Virus genome (UHGV): UHGV-0277504
Direction: 5' to 3' (one strand)
From: a virus
DNA: 64,000 nt
Position 1 is the first letter of the stretch, and each line of letters opens with the position of its first letter. Of the stretch, positions 1 to 9,161 are shown piece by piece. The notes beneath the pieces are model-generated. The model was given only the letters and a program-made list of their open reading frames with translations, had not been told where the DNA came from and did no database searches. Made by a program: the position numbers and the translations under genes.

Positions 1-826
1 CTAAGACTAATTTAAATAACTTACTAAAGTCATCACTCACTTTATGAAGCTCTTCATACGTATCTGTATCTAAGTGAGCATACCTACGTAAATGTCTTTC
101 ATGATTACCTTCTAATAATTCTACATTGTCTAAGTTATGGATAAGTTCTAAATAATCAAAAGTTTCTTTAGGTTCTAAACCTCTATCAAAATAATCTCCT
201 ACAAAAATAAATAATTCATTAGGGTGGTCTACAATGTAGTTGTAACTAGCAAATTCATTTAAAGCTGTGAAACAAGAATGTACATCACCGATAACATGAA
301 TTTTATCATAATGATTTACTTCCATAAAATCTTTATCCCACTCAAGAGAACTTAATACTTCTTCAGGTTTTAATTCTTTTGCAACACTAGGAATATGTTC
401 ATGTTGTAGTCTTTCATAAATATTCTCAATAACTTCTACAGGAACTTGTTTTAATTTTTCCCTTTGGTTATTACGTTCAATTAATGTATCTAAGTCTTCT
501 TCTAAGGTTACTACATAAACACGATAACCGTATACTTTAGCTAACTTCTCATATCGTTTAATTAACTTACCTGTAGAGTGTGTAGCATCAATTACAGTAA
601 ATTCACCATTACTCATACGATTTTCTAAAATTTCAAATAATGTTTTCCAAACTAGATTATCTTTATCTTGAGTAATCGCTATTCTACCTTCTTCATTATA
701 GATAGGTGAACCGAATTGTAATCTTAAAGTGTCTGGACTTAATGTGTAATTTTCTAGTCCTTTCTCTTTAATAAAAGTAGATTTACCTACACCTGGTACA
801 CCTCTCATTAATAATAATTGTTTCAT
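1..826 (-). CDS. P-loop kinase fused to a calcineurin-like metallophosphatase (polynucleotide kinase-phosphatase-like). C-terminal part lies beyond the left edge of the window.
   Basis: Minus-strand ORF starts ATG at 826 (MKQLLLMRGVPGVGKST = Walker A). Downstream I read IGDVHSCF...GDYFDRG...EGNHE, which are metallophosphoesterase motifs I-III. No stop before position 1. Confidence 0.6.
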   Translation of the reverse strand, partial: MKQLLLMRGVPGVGKSTFIKEKGLENYTLSPDTLRLQFGSPIYNEEGRIAITQDKDNLVWKTLFEILENRMSNGEFTVIDATHSTGKLIKRYEKLAKVYGYRVYVVTLEEDLDTLIERNNQREKLKQVPVEVIENIYERLQHEHIPSVAKELKPEEVLSSLEWDKDFMEVNHYDKIHVIGDVHSCFTALNEFASYNYIVDHPNELFIFVGDYFDRGLEPKETFDYLELIHNLDNVELLEGNHERHLRRYAHLDTDTYEELHKVSDDFSKLFKLVL

Positions 827-843
827 AATTACCTCTCCTTTTA

Positions 844-1107
844 TTATTTAATACTAATAAATTCTATACTGTTTAAAGGTACCCAAACATCGTCTTCTGT
901 TGAATTACTTGCAAAAAATAGTGAAAATGTATCAGCGTCACAGTTTTTTAACAACTTAATAAGACTATCTCTCTCTTCAATTGAAACATTAATATCCATA
1001 TATTTCCCACTTTTTAGAGCTACTGTGACTTTATATTGTTTTTCTTCTTTAAAATTTTCCATATTATTCATTGAAATATCTCCTTTATTTTTTGATATAT
1101 ACATCAT
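844..1107 (-). CDS. hypothetical protein (87 aa)
   Basis: ORF track. Minus strand, co-oriented with neighbours. Confidence 0.4.
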   Translation of the reverse strand: MMYISKNKGDISMNNMENFKEEKQYKVTVALKSGKYMDINVSIEERDSLIKLLKNCDADTFSLFFASNSTEDDVWVPLNSIEFISIK

Positions 1108-1432
1108 ATTTAGTGTCTAATTCTCTATGACCTGTTATGAAATAAATTTTACTTTTCTTTGATACTGTATATGTTGTTTTCTTTATATAACTTTTATTAC
1201 TCTCATGTGCTTTTACGTCAACAGAAGATACTGATGCTATTTCATTGAATTGTTCTGCTGAAATTACTGATACATTTTTATCTTTTAAAGCTACTTCTTT
1301 AGGTAAAATAATAGTTACTCCTATTAGTAAAATACCTATAAATCCTAAAAATTCAAAACTTTTTTTTCTCTTTTTTATCCCTACGTACCATGATACTACT
1401 GTTAGAACTAAAATAATAAAATAAAAAATCAT
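1085..1432 (-). CDS. hypothetical membrane protein (two hydrophobic helices)
   Basis: ORF track. N-terminal MIFYFIILVLTVVSWYVGI and GFIGILLIGVTIIL segments. Confidence 0.4.
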   Translation of the reverse strand: MIFYFIILVLTVVSWYVGIKKRKKSFEFLGFIGILLIGVTIILPKEVALKDKNVSVISAEQFNEIASVSSVDVKAHESNKSYIKKTTYTVSKKSKIYFITGHRELDTKYDVYIKK

Positions 1433-1485
1433 AATTTACCTCCTTTAACTTAACTATAAACTATAATAACTTTTTTGTCAAGTAA

Positions 1486-2055
1486 TTATTTAAATTCTGA
1501 TAAATCTTTATGTACTTCGGTAGGTTCTAGGTAGTATTTTTTAGCTGTTTTAGTTATGCCTATTAGTTTATCATTTGTGTTATCTTTATCTACAATCAAA
1601 CTATTAATTTGCTCTTGTATAATATTTTTCGTATTAGGGTTCTTTGTTTTAATTTTACTTATTTCTTTTTCATAAATTTTAATTTGAATATCATTACGTT
1701 TTTTGATTAAAGGTCTAACTTCTTTATTTAACTTACGTTTAATAAAATCACTAATATCATCTCTAGTATCCTTTATAGATTCCCAATCAGCTTCATTATC
1801 ACTCATAATAGTAATAATATTTAAGTGTTTATCAATAACAAGTTTATGCTCTTTAAATACATAAACTTCTCGACCCTTTTCTTGTTGTGTGACATAAGTA
1901 GCTTTATTTAAAGCTTTGGCTACCCACTCTTTTGCTTTTTCACGTGATGAATTTTCTACCCTCATTAAAAATCTTTCATAAGCATGGTTAGTTATATTCA
2001 CATGCTTACTAAGTATAGGTTTTTTTCTTTCCACTATATTTAGCATGTTTAACAT
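1486..2055 (-). CDS. hypothetical protein (189 aa). True start probably the ATG at 2046, which sits 9 nt after an AAGGAG.
   Basis: ORF track. RBS AAGGAG upstream. Promoter-like TTGACA-17-TATCAT at 2077-2105. Confidence 0.5.
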   Translation of the reverse strand: MLNMLNIVERKKPILSKHVNITNHAYERFLMRVENSSREKAKEWVAKALNKATYVTQQEKGREVYVFKEHKLVIDKHLNIITIMSDNEADWESIKDTRDDISDFIKRKLNKEVRPLIKKRNDIQIKIYEKEISKIKTKNPNTKNIIQEQINSLIVDKDNTNDKLIGITKTAKKYYLEPTEVHKDLSEFK

Positions 2056-2076
2056 CTCCTTATTTGTTATGTCTTA

Positions 2077-2105
2077 ATGATACTATAATTTATATTAGAT
2101 GTCAA
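2077..2105 (-). promoter_or_regulatory. sigma-70-like promoter (TTGACA, 17-nt spacer, TATCAT)
   Basis: Read on the minus strand: -35 at 2105..2100, -10 at 2082..2077. Confidence 0.4.
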
Positions 2106-2110
2106 TACTT

Positions 2111-2147
2111 TTTATAAAAAAAGAAGTGTAGTTTTATACTACACTTC
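2111..2147 (-). terminator. rho-independent terminator whose hairpin overlaps the stop codon of the 2139..2462 gene
   Basis: GAAGTGTAGT-loop-ACTACACTTC stem (2123-2147) followed on the minus strand by UUUUUUUAUAAA. Confidence 0.6.
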
Positions 2148-2462
2148 ATCTACTACGTTTTGTGCTTCTTTAAACATTGTATCTTCTAAGTTATAAATCT
2201 CACTTAAAGTAAATTGCAATGTGTCACTAATTCTAGATAGTGCAATTCTTTCAGTAACTTTAATATTTAATTTAGTAAAATGTTGTTTTACTAGTCCGTT
2301 ATCTGTTTCTAATACCGTATCTCCATTAACTTTAATTACAAATTCGTTATTATCTTTGAGTAGTCGTAATGAACCTACATCAAAAGATTCTAACAATTTA
2401 ACAATACTATTTAAAATACTTAATTCTGATTCTTTTAATACTGATAATTTTTCATTATTCAT
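2139..2462 (-). CDS. hypothetical protein (107 aa)
   Basis: ORF track. Confidence 0.5.
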   Translation of the reverse strand: MNNEKLSVLKESELSILNSIVKLLESFDVGSLRLLKDNNEFVIKVNGDTVLETDNGLVKQHFTKLNIKVTERIALSRISDTLQFTLSEIYNLEDTMFKEAQNVVDEV

Positions 2463-2465
2463 ATA

Positions 2466-2966
2466 TTAATTCACTCCTTCTTTGTAATGAATTGAATAGC
2501 CTTCTACTTGAGATAATAAGAATTCTAAATCTACAGTTGAGTCATGTTCTTTAAACTCGATTAAAAATGTATTATTTCTATCACTTTTAAATGCATGTTT
2601 GAATTTATTAATCTCATTTTCTAAACTATAAACATCATTTTTATTTACTTTAATAACTTTACCACTCTTCAAGTTGATAACGAGTTCGGTTGGTCTTTTA
2701 ATGATGTCAGCATATGTTTCTATTTCTCTCTTTTGTTTTTCGTGATACTGAATTACTAACGTTAAATCAGAACCTTTTAGACCTTCCTTATTAAAGTTAG
2801 CATTTAAGTCATTACCATTAGATAATGTGACATGATTGTCTAGTTTTCTACTTTCTCTAATAATTAAGTCCTCATCTTGTAAATGAATAATGATACTTCC
2901 TTTACGTACTTCATAATTATATCCATACTGGCTTAACTTATCTTCAATTAAATCTTGATACAACAT
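2466..2966 (-). CDS. hypothetical protein (166 aa)
   Basis: ORF track. ATG at 2966. Confidence 0.5.
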   Translation of the reverse strand: MLYQDLIEDKLSQYGYNYEVRKGSIIIHLQDEDLIIRESRKLDNHVTLSNGNDLNANFNKEGLKGSDLTLVIQYHEKQKREIETYADIIKRPTELVINLKSGKVIKVNKNDVYSLENEINKFKHAFKSDRNNTFLIEFKEHDSTVDLEFLLSQVEGYSIHYKEGVN

Positions 2967-2979
2967 TATTTTTTCAGTT

Positions 2980-3006
2980 CCTTTCTTATAAGAAAAACAA
3001 GAAAGG
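2980..3006 (-). ncRNA. stem-loop immediately 3' of the tnpB-like gene; candidate right-end / omega-RNA structural element rather than a terminator
   Basis: CCTTTCTT...AAGAAAGG 8-bp stem. On the minus strand it is not followed by a U-tract. Confidence 0.25.
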
Positions 3007-3026
3007 TTTATATTAAGGTTGATAAA

Positions 3027-4259
3027 CTATATGTTTACCCTTATTAATAATGGTTTACTACAAACCTCTACAAGGTTTGAGAATAACTTCTCATTCCATG
3101 CTTCTTGTTTTTCTAAATATTTTCTTAATATATTTAAACTACCATTTAAGTCTGCATTAATTAACTTTCCTTCTTTACTCTTATACAATCCTCTTTTAAC
3201 TCTTTTACCAGAGAATGTAACTATATTCTTTTTAGAATCCCATATAGGTATTTCATCTAAATCAAGAAAACTAGATTTACTAGTATAAGATTCTTCCTGT
3301 AGAATGATATTGATTCCTTTTTCTTTACATTTATAAGTAAGTATTTGTATAAGTGTATAAAATGGAATTTGAATAAAAGTCTGTTTACTAGATTTTCTCA
3401 TTGTTGTGTCTTGTTTCCACCCTTTGTTATAGCCTATGACTAAGGTATTAACTTGGTTTGAAACTAGTTGATTCACAACATAATGAGTAGACTTATGAAA
3501 GTAATCTTTTACTTTATTCATTCTTTTCCTGTGAATACTACATAGTCTATGACTAGACTTTTGTCTATTCAATTTCCAAAGCAACTTTTTGTTTCTTGCT
3601 AATAACTTATTATAATAAACATTCATGCTTTTAATTGGTTTACCATTAATAATAAATGGAGTAAATACGTTAGATGATACAGTCATTAAGTTATTAATTC
3701 CTAAATCTATACTAGCATATCTACCATTATCTTTTTTCTTTTCTTTTATAAGTTTATTATACCCTATCTCAAAAACAATATGATTACCTTTAGGAATAAT
3801 CCTAACAAATTGAACTTCTTCTTTAGTTAAGTTTGTTTTAATAAAAATATTTGTTTTTGATAAGTGGATATAGCCTTTACGTTTAACAAAAGAAATAGCT
3901 TTCTTTTCGTAATGTACAATTTGTTTTCCATTCTCAGTATCTAAATATTTAGGTATTCTTGCAAAATACCCTTTCCTTCTTAAATTGAAAAAAGATTTAA
4001 AATTTTTATCTACTAACCTTTGTGTACATTTAGATACTTTAGCAGGCAAAGCTCTATAGTCTGTATTATTAGAATGAGTAAACTGTTTATTAACATCATA
4101 ATACCTTAGATACTTTTTATTTTTAAAGTAATACTGTCTTACTGCATAAAGTGTAGCATTATAAAGGTTTTTACTTAAAAAACATAAGTTATCTGCTTCT
4201 TTATATCTATTATCTTGTGTTGTTATTTGATGTTGTTCTACTCTAGTTTCATACTTCAT
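3027..4259 (-). CDS. tnpB: TnpB-like RuvC nuclease (IS200/IS605 OrfB family), a divergent paralogue lacking the zinc finger
   Basis: 410 aa. RuvC-I SIDLGINNL, RuvC-II ILQEESYTSK, RuvC-III INADLNGSLNI. The usual CxxC...CxxC between RuvC-II and RuvC-III is replaced by FSGKRVKRGLYKSKEGK. Confidence 0.7.
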   Translation of the reverse strand: MKYETRVEQHQITTQDNRYKEADNLCFLSKNLYNATLYAVRQYYFKNKKYLRYYDVNKQFTHSNNTDYRALPAKVSKCTQRLVDKNFKSFFNLRRKGYFARIPKYLDTENGKQIVHYEKKAISFVKRKGYIHLSKTNIFIKTNLTKEEVQFVRIIPKGNHIVFEIGYNKLIKEKKKDNGRYASIDLGINNLMTVSSNVFTPFIINGKPIKSMNVYYNKLLARNKKLLWKLNRQKSSHRLCSIHRKRMNKVKDYFHKSTHYVVNQLVSNQVNTLVIGYNKGWKQDTTMRKSSKQTFIQIPFYTLIQILTYKCKEKGINIILQEESYTSKSSFLDLDEIPIWDSKKNIVTFSGKRVKRGLYKSKEGKLINADLNGSLNILRKYLEKQEAWNEKLFSNLVEVCSKPLLIRVNI

Positions 4260-4306
4260 TTTTCTAAATTTTTACTTTCCTTATTTAATTCAGACTTTTT
4301 TAACAT
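4256..4306 (-). CDS. 16-codon upstream ORF (MLKKSELNKESKNLEK) translationally coupled to tnpB-like via an ATGA overlap
   Basis: Strong AAGGAG RBS 8 nt upstream. Its stop TGA overlaps the tnpB ATG. Confidence 0.35.
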   Translation of the reverse strand: MLKKSELNKESKNLEK

Positions 4307-4331
4307 AATACTTATCTCCTTTCTTATTTAT

Positions 4332-4360
4332 AGTATAGCATAAACTAAGAAAAAAGACAA
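4332..4360 (-). promoter_or_regulatory. promoter TTGTCT-17-TATACT driving the uORF and tnpB-like gene
   Basis: Minus strand: -35 at 4360..4355, -10 at 4337..4332, exact 17-nt spacer. Confidence 0.4.
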
Positions 4361-4384
4361 GTATTTATTTGTTTTTTTTACAGT

Positions 4385-4747
4385 TTATTTAAACTGATTT
4401 TCCACCTTTTTCTTTATTAAATTATCTATATCAGGTTCATTAAATGATTTAATAATGTATCTACCTTTTTTGTTAAAAATAACATCAAAGAAACCATCAT
4501 CTTGTAACCTAATAACTGCTTCAATATTAAACTGCTTTAACTTCTTAAATATTTCTGTTGTCATAGGAGCCTCAAAAACAAAAACTACATCTTTATTTTT
4601 TTGTTTATTAACATGTTTTTTATTGAAGTTTGTAATACTACCATAACATAATTTATTTTTCTTGTCAATACCTTTAAAGTATTTTTTCATAGAATCATTT
4701 AAGTATGGTTCTTCTTGTTTTTTATACGGAAATGCTACTATAATCAT
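4385..4747 (-). CDS. hypothetical protein (120 aa)
   Basis: ORF track. Confidence 0.45.
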   Translation of the reverse strand: MIIVAFPYKKQEEPYLNDSMKKYFKGIDKKNKLCYGSITNFNKKHVNKQKNKDVVFVFEAPMTTEIFKKLKQFNIEAVIRLQDDGFFDVIFNKKGRYIIKSFNEPDIDNLIKKKVENQFK

Positions 4748-5025
4748 CTTCTATATCCTTTCAAATATAATATCTTATGAAAATACTCTATTGCTCTGTG
4801 TGCTTTAGCTATTGTTGTAGCGTACTCTAATAATTCATTTTCTGATAGAGGTTTTTCTGTATCTCTTTTTATATCTGCTACTAAGTTTACTTTATCTAAA
4901 CCATCATCATAAATAACAGGAGCATATTCTAAATCACAATCTACTGTAGCTATTATTTGCTCTCCTGCTTTTTCTACTTTCAATCTAAACTCTCTATAGT
5001 AATCTTCAAACACAACTTCACTCAT
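4744..5025 (-). CDS. hypothetical protein (93 aa)
   Basis: ORF track. 4-nt overlap with the downstream gene. Confidence 0.45.
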   Translation of the reverse strand: MSEVVFEDYYREFRLKVEKAGEQIIATVDCDLEYAPVIYDDGLDKVNLVADIKRDTEKPLSENELLEYATTIAKAHRAIEYFHKILYLKGYRR

Positions 5026-5200
5026 CTGTATACCTTCTCCTTAAATCAATATATCCTGACTTTTCTCTAATATGTTTTAATCGTTGTAGTTTCTGTTCTC
5101 TTGTCAGGTTAGACCTATACGGTTCTGATTTTTTGTTTTTAAATCTTTTTTTAGTATTCGTATCTTTACTTTCTTGTTGCATCTTCTCTAAGAAATTCAT
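5018..5200 (-). CDS. hypothetical small basic protein (60 aa)
   Basis: ORF track. K/R-rich. Confidence 0.3.
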   Translation of the reverse strand: MNFLEKMQQESKDTNTKKRFKNKKSEPYRSNLTREQKLQRLKHIREKSGYIDLRRRYTDE

Positions 5201-5336
5201 AACAAACCTCCTCTTTTGTTATAGTAACATAAAAGCAAAAAACAGTCAATACTTTTTAGTATCGACTGCTTAAAAAAAGGATAATTCCTATAGCTATGAA
5301 TATAACTACTACCAAAAAACTCACGGTATCCCTCCT

Positions 5337-5720
5337 CTATTTTACTTTTTCTCCTTTAGGTACGAATCTATATATGTGTACTCGGTTACCGTCATCATCT
5401 TTTGAGTATACTCTAATGAGTGTAAATTCTTTAGCTTCTTTAAATCTACTAGTTTTAAACACGGTTGTATCTACACTATTATCTGTTGTTCTCCCAGGAA
5501 TATACGTAGGTAAGTCTTCTGTGAAATAGACTTTATTGTCTTTAATATGGTCTTTTGTGAAATCACCTATTTCTTCTACTTTCTCTCCTTTAACTTCTGA
5601 AGACTGTTTTGTAAAGTGTTCCGTATCTTTACCTTGAATGTTAATTGTTGTAATGTAAATACTCATAGAAAGAATTAAAATAATAATAGCTACAATATAA
5701 CCTTTATTTAATCTATCCAT
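5337..5720 (-). CDS. hypothetical membrane-anchored/secreted protein (127 aa)
   Basis: N-terminal hydrophobic segment YIVAIIILILSMSIYITTI. Confidence 0.45.
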   Translation of the reverse strand: MDRLNKGYIVAIIILILSMSIYITTINIQGKDTEHFTKQSSEVKGEKVEEIGDFTKDHIKDNKVYFTEDLPTYIPGRTTDNSVDTTVFKTSRFKEAKEFTLIRVYSKDDDGNRVHIYRFVPKGEKVK

Positions 5721-5784
5721 TTCTACTTATTCCCTTCTATAATAAAATAGCTTTCTCTTATGTAATATAAGAGAAAGCACAAAC

Positions 5785-6486
5785 TTAAATACTATTCATA
5801 ATAAATACACATTTATCTACAAGAGGACAATAAACCATACTCTCAGAATCATCTAACATATCTTTTAATTTAAGATAATGCTTAAGATAACTATCAGGAT
5901 TAGCTAAATCTTTATACCTAACTAAGCAATCATCAATTTTAAGTTCTATATCTTTTTTACTTACGATTTCTAATTGAGTTACTTCTTCACTAGAAGTTAA
6001 TATATAACCTTTCTCTATAACTTCATCTGATACATCTTCAACTTTTACATTATTTTTAATATCTTCCACTAGTTGATACTGGTCGTAATTGTAATCATCA
6101 GATTTAATTCTAAATAAAGGTTCTATTACCCTAGCTCTTTCAAGAATACTAATTGGTGCACTGTTTTTATGTTTATTATATAGGTACTCATTTTCTGTTA
6201 TTCTTTCTTTTGATAACCCAATATAATGACCTGTTGGTGTTCCAAATTTCTCTTCTAAATCTGGAGTTACAGTAGCAATCATAAGCGTATCATAATTAAC
6301 TTCAGTACCTATTACTTTGTAATTACTTACTACATTTTCTAAACCTTCTAAATCTAATAAGGAATGTTTAAGCTCTTCTAATGTATAACCTGATTCTATA
6401 TTCTTTATTTGTGTATTTTCTTCATTATTAGGAGAACCATAATGTTCTTTATTCCTCATCTCATTTAATTTATCTGAAAAACTCAT
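5785..6486 (-). CDS. hypothetical protein (233 aa)
   Basis: ORF track. Confidence 0.5.
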   Translation of the reverse strand: MSFSDKLNEMRNKEHYGSPNNEENTQIKNIESGYTLEELKHSLLDLEGLENVVSNYKVIGTEVNYDTLMIATVTPDLEEKFGTPTGHYIGLSKERITENEYLYNKHKNSAPISILERARVIEPLFRIKSDDYNYDQYQLVEDIKNNVKVEDVSDEVIEKGYILTSSEEVTQLEIVSKKDIELKIDDCLVRYKDLANPDSYLKHYLKLKDMLDDSESMVYCPLVDKCVFIMNSI

Positions 6487-6518
6487 ATGTTACACACCTA
6501 CAATTCTACTACAATTTC

Positions 6519-6959
6519 TTATTCCTCTTGTTCATCATTAAGTGCTTCTTCTTTAGAACCTGTTTTTCTCTCTACATTATATAAGTCTAAAATATAGTAC
6601 AAACCATTTTTATGAATATTATACTTCTTATAAATATCTTCTACATTCATAAAATGATAATCTTTGATAAGTTGTTTTGTTTTTTCTACATCATTTAATA
6701 CGTGAGCTACTCTCTCAGAAACTCTAGATTTCTTGTTTCTTTTCTCTACTTTATAACTGTTAATTACTGAGTAAATCATACCTGTACTTACTTTAACTGC
6801 TTTTGAGATTTCTTTAAACGGTGCTCCTTCTTCATATAAAGTAACGATTTGTTGCTCTTTAATTGTGTTGAATCTTTTATCTTTCTTTAAAGGTGTAAAT
6901 TCTTTTTTATTTTCTGTACCTAAAATCTTCTCTTCTTCTTTATTTAATGAAATAAACAT
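6519..6959 (-). CDS. hypothetical protein with a predicted helix-turn-helix
   Basis: IVTLYEEGAPFKEISKAVKVSTGMIYSVI resembles an HTH. Confidence 0.4.
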   Translation of the reverse strand: MFISLNKEEEKILGTENKKEFTPLKKDKRFNTIKEQQIVTLYEEGAPFKEISKAVKVSTGMIYSVINSYKVEKRNKKSRVSERVAHVLNDVEKTKQLIKDYHFMNVEDIYKKYNIHKNGLYYILDLYNVERKTGSKEEALNDEQEE

Positions 6960-7001
6960 ATAAAAAACTCCTTTTGTTTTGATACTTATATTATACTACA
7001 C

Positions 7002-7490
7002 TTAATCATTATTGTCAATATCTTTTACTAAAGTTAACTCACTTTCTTTAAATACCTTATCGTATTCACCTGTTAGCTTATAAAAGTAACTGTTGTTATC
7101 AGTTAGTACTTCTGTAATCCTAGCAACATCTTTACTTGAATTTTCATTTAATAGATTAAATCGTTCATACTCTACAATATCATTAACTTTAAATTTATTG
7201 TCTGTTACATTAAATTCTTCATCTAAGTAAACATTAAATGTAATAAGAGCATTAATAGAAATATTATAAGGCACCCAATACCTATTATAAAAAGTTGTTT
7301 CTTTTCTAATATCTCTTGATATTTCTGTCATCTGGTGTCTACCAGGATTAAGTCTTACAAGGATTGTTCCTTGGTCTCCTTGTTCTAGTCTTAATACTTT
7401 ACCATCTACTAGGTAATGAATAATATCTGTTAAATTTTCAATTGGTAGTGCTTCTTTTACTGGTTGTATATTAATCGGATTGACTTCCAT
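7002..7490 (-). CDS. hypothetical protein (162 aa)
   Basis: ORF track. Confidence 0.5.
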   Translation of the reverse strand: MEVNPINIQPVKEALPIENLTDIIHYLVDGKVLRLEQGDQGTILVRLNPGRHQMTEISRDIRKETTFYNRYWVPYNISINALITFNVYLDEEFNVTDNKFKVNDIVEYERFNLLNENSSKDVARITEVLTDNNSYFYKLTGEYDKVFKESELTLVKDIDNND

Positions 7491-7514
7491 AATTTACCTC
7501 ACTCACTTTACACA

Positions 7515-8240
7515 TTAAATAGATATTCCAGCTTGTTCCATAGCTTCTTTAAATTTTTTGTCTTCTTCATTTAAATCTAGACTTTGATAGAATTCTTTTT
7601 CCTTTTCTTCTAATCTTTGTAGTACTTGTTCGTGTTGCTCCTCAGGAATAAATTCTAATAATACTTCTGTCATAGCTGATTCTCTAGCTGTTTGTTTAAG
7701 CATAAGCTCTTTTAACCCAATATAACTTAAGCCTTTTAATTCCCCATTAGTTATCTTATTCTTTGTTTCTATTGCTCTTATCATTAAAGCTGGGTCTAAT
7801 GTATCTACCCATTTTAAACCTTCTCTACCTTTATAAATAATTTCATCTAATATCTGAGCGTCATTATATATTTTCTCAGTATAACTTTTAGCTTCTTCAA
7901 AACTAGGTGCAATTTCTTGACCTTTATAACTCACCTCTTTATCAGATATATCATCTACAGAGGTTTTCTTTCTCTTATCTATAAGCTCTCCTAAATCCCA
8001 ACCATTTTGAATAGCTTCTCTTCTTTTGTTTTTATATCTTGATAAAGATGGTTTAGATATGTCTAAGTCATACTCTTTACATATATCTATAATATCATCG
8101 AAACTCATATCTTCATCTAAAGCATTATCTACTTTAGTTCTTAATAATTTATTGTGATATAGCTTAGAGAGTATACTCTCTTTTTTTTCAACAACTTTAA
8201 TAGTGTCTTTTTTATTTTTTAAATTTTTCTTTCTAGCCAT
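7515..8240 (-). CDS. hypothetical protein (241 aa)
   Basis: ORF track. Confidence 0.5.
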   Translation of the reverse strand: MARKKNLKNKKDTIKVVEKKESILSKLYHNKLLRTKVDNALDEDMSFDDIIDICKEYDLDISKPSLSRYKNKRREAIQNGWDLGELIDKRKKTSVDDISDKEVSYKGQEIAPSFEEAKSYTEKIYNDAQILDEIIYKGREGLKWVDTLDPALMIRAIETKNKITNGELKGLSYIGLKELMLKQTARESAMTEVLLEFIPEEQHEQVLQRLEEKEKEFYQSLDLNEEDKKFKEAMEQAGISI

Positions 8241-8577
8241 AATATAATATTTCCTTTCTAATGTAAAAGTATGTAATTAGTTACATATATGAAACGTAGT
8301 TACAATTAATAAAACAATCCCTTTACATCAACTTATTTCAGTCCACATTATATAATATATCACAATTTCTGTTATTATTTTATATCATTATAAGTATTTA
8401 TAAAAAATATATACAATTTTGTAGTAAATTTTATTTGTAAAACACTTTAATTTAGCTATATTTAATTGAAATACAGAGTTGTTTTTCATAAAAATTCATT
8501 TTATGAATATTATTTACCTGCATTTTTTACTACTACTTACTTTACTTTTTAATAAAAGAAACTATTTAAATATACAC
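8241..8577. promoter_or_regulatory. 337-bp AT-rich non-coding region (promoter/leader region) containing a 9-bp inverted repeat, TTCATAAAA-ATTCA-TTTTATGAA, at about 8484-8506
   Basis: No ORF on either strand. It is the longest intergenic gap in the window. Confidence 0.4.
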
Positions 8578-9078
8578 TTATTCTGCATAAATTCTCTCTG
8601 CTTCTGCTTTCATTTCCTCTACAAATGAATCATCTTCATAAGCTTCTTTAGTAAAGAAAACGATTGGCTCTTCAGCTACACCATTTTGATATTCATAAAC
8701 ATCATCCATAGCTACTTTAGAATACTTTTGATAGTAGTTAACCATGAATGTAGGTAAGTTAGCTAAAACATTATCTCCAAATAGACCAAATAAAACTACA
8801 ATAAGACTATTCCCTAATAAAGGAAAAGCAAAAATTAAATTATAAAGTGCATAAATAAATACAAAAAACCCAATAACTCTAAGGAATGGAATACTAAATA
8901 CAATTCCTGAAATCATAAACCAGTTAATAAATCTTACTCCTGCATCTACTGAAGCTGTTCTCAATGCTTCAGTTCCTTCAAACGCTTCTTTACCATTCAA
9001 CATTAATGAATCTAATACTCTTAATCCTTTAATGCCTAAAAACCAAATTACTCCTAAAATAATAATTCCTAATAACAT
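8578..9078 (-). CDS. hypothetical integral membrane protein (166 aa)
   Basis: Multiple hydrophobic helices. Confidence 0.5.
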   Translation of the reverse strand: MLLGIIILGVIWFLGIKGLRVLDSLMLNGKEAFEGTEALRTASVDAGVRFINWFMISGIVFSIPFLRVIGFFVFIYALYNLIFAFPLLGNSLIVVLFGLFGDNVLANLPTFMVNYYQKYSKVAMDDVYEYQNGVAEEPIVFFTKEAYEDDSFVEEMKAEAERIYAE

Positions 9079-9161
9079 AATAACAAAATCCCTTCTCTTT
9101 TTTTATTTATTGTTTCTATAGTTATACTATAATACAAAGAGAGGGGATTGTCAACAGTTTT

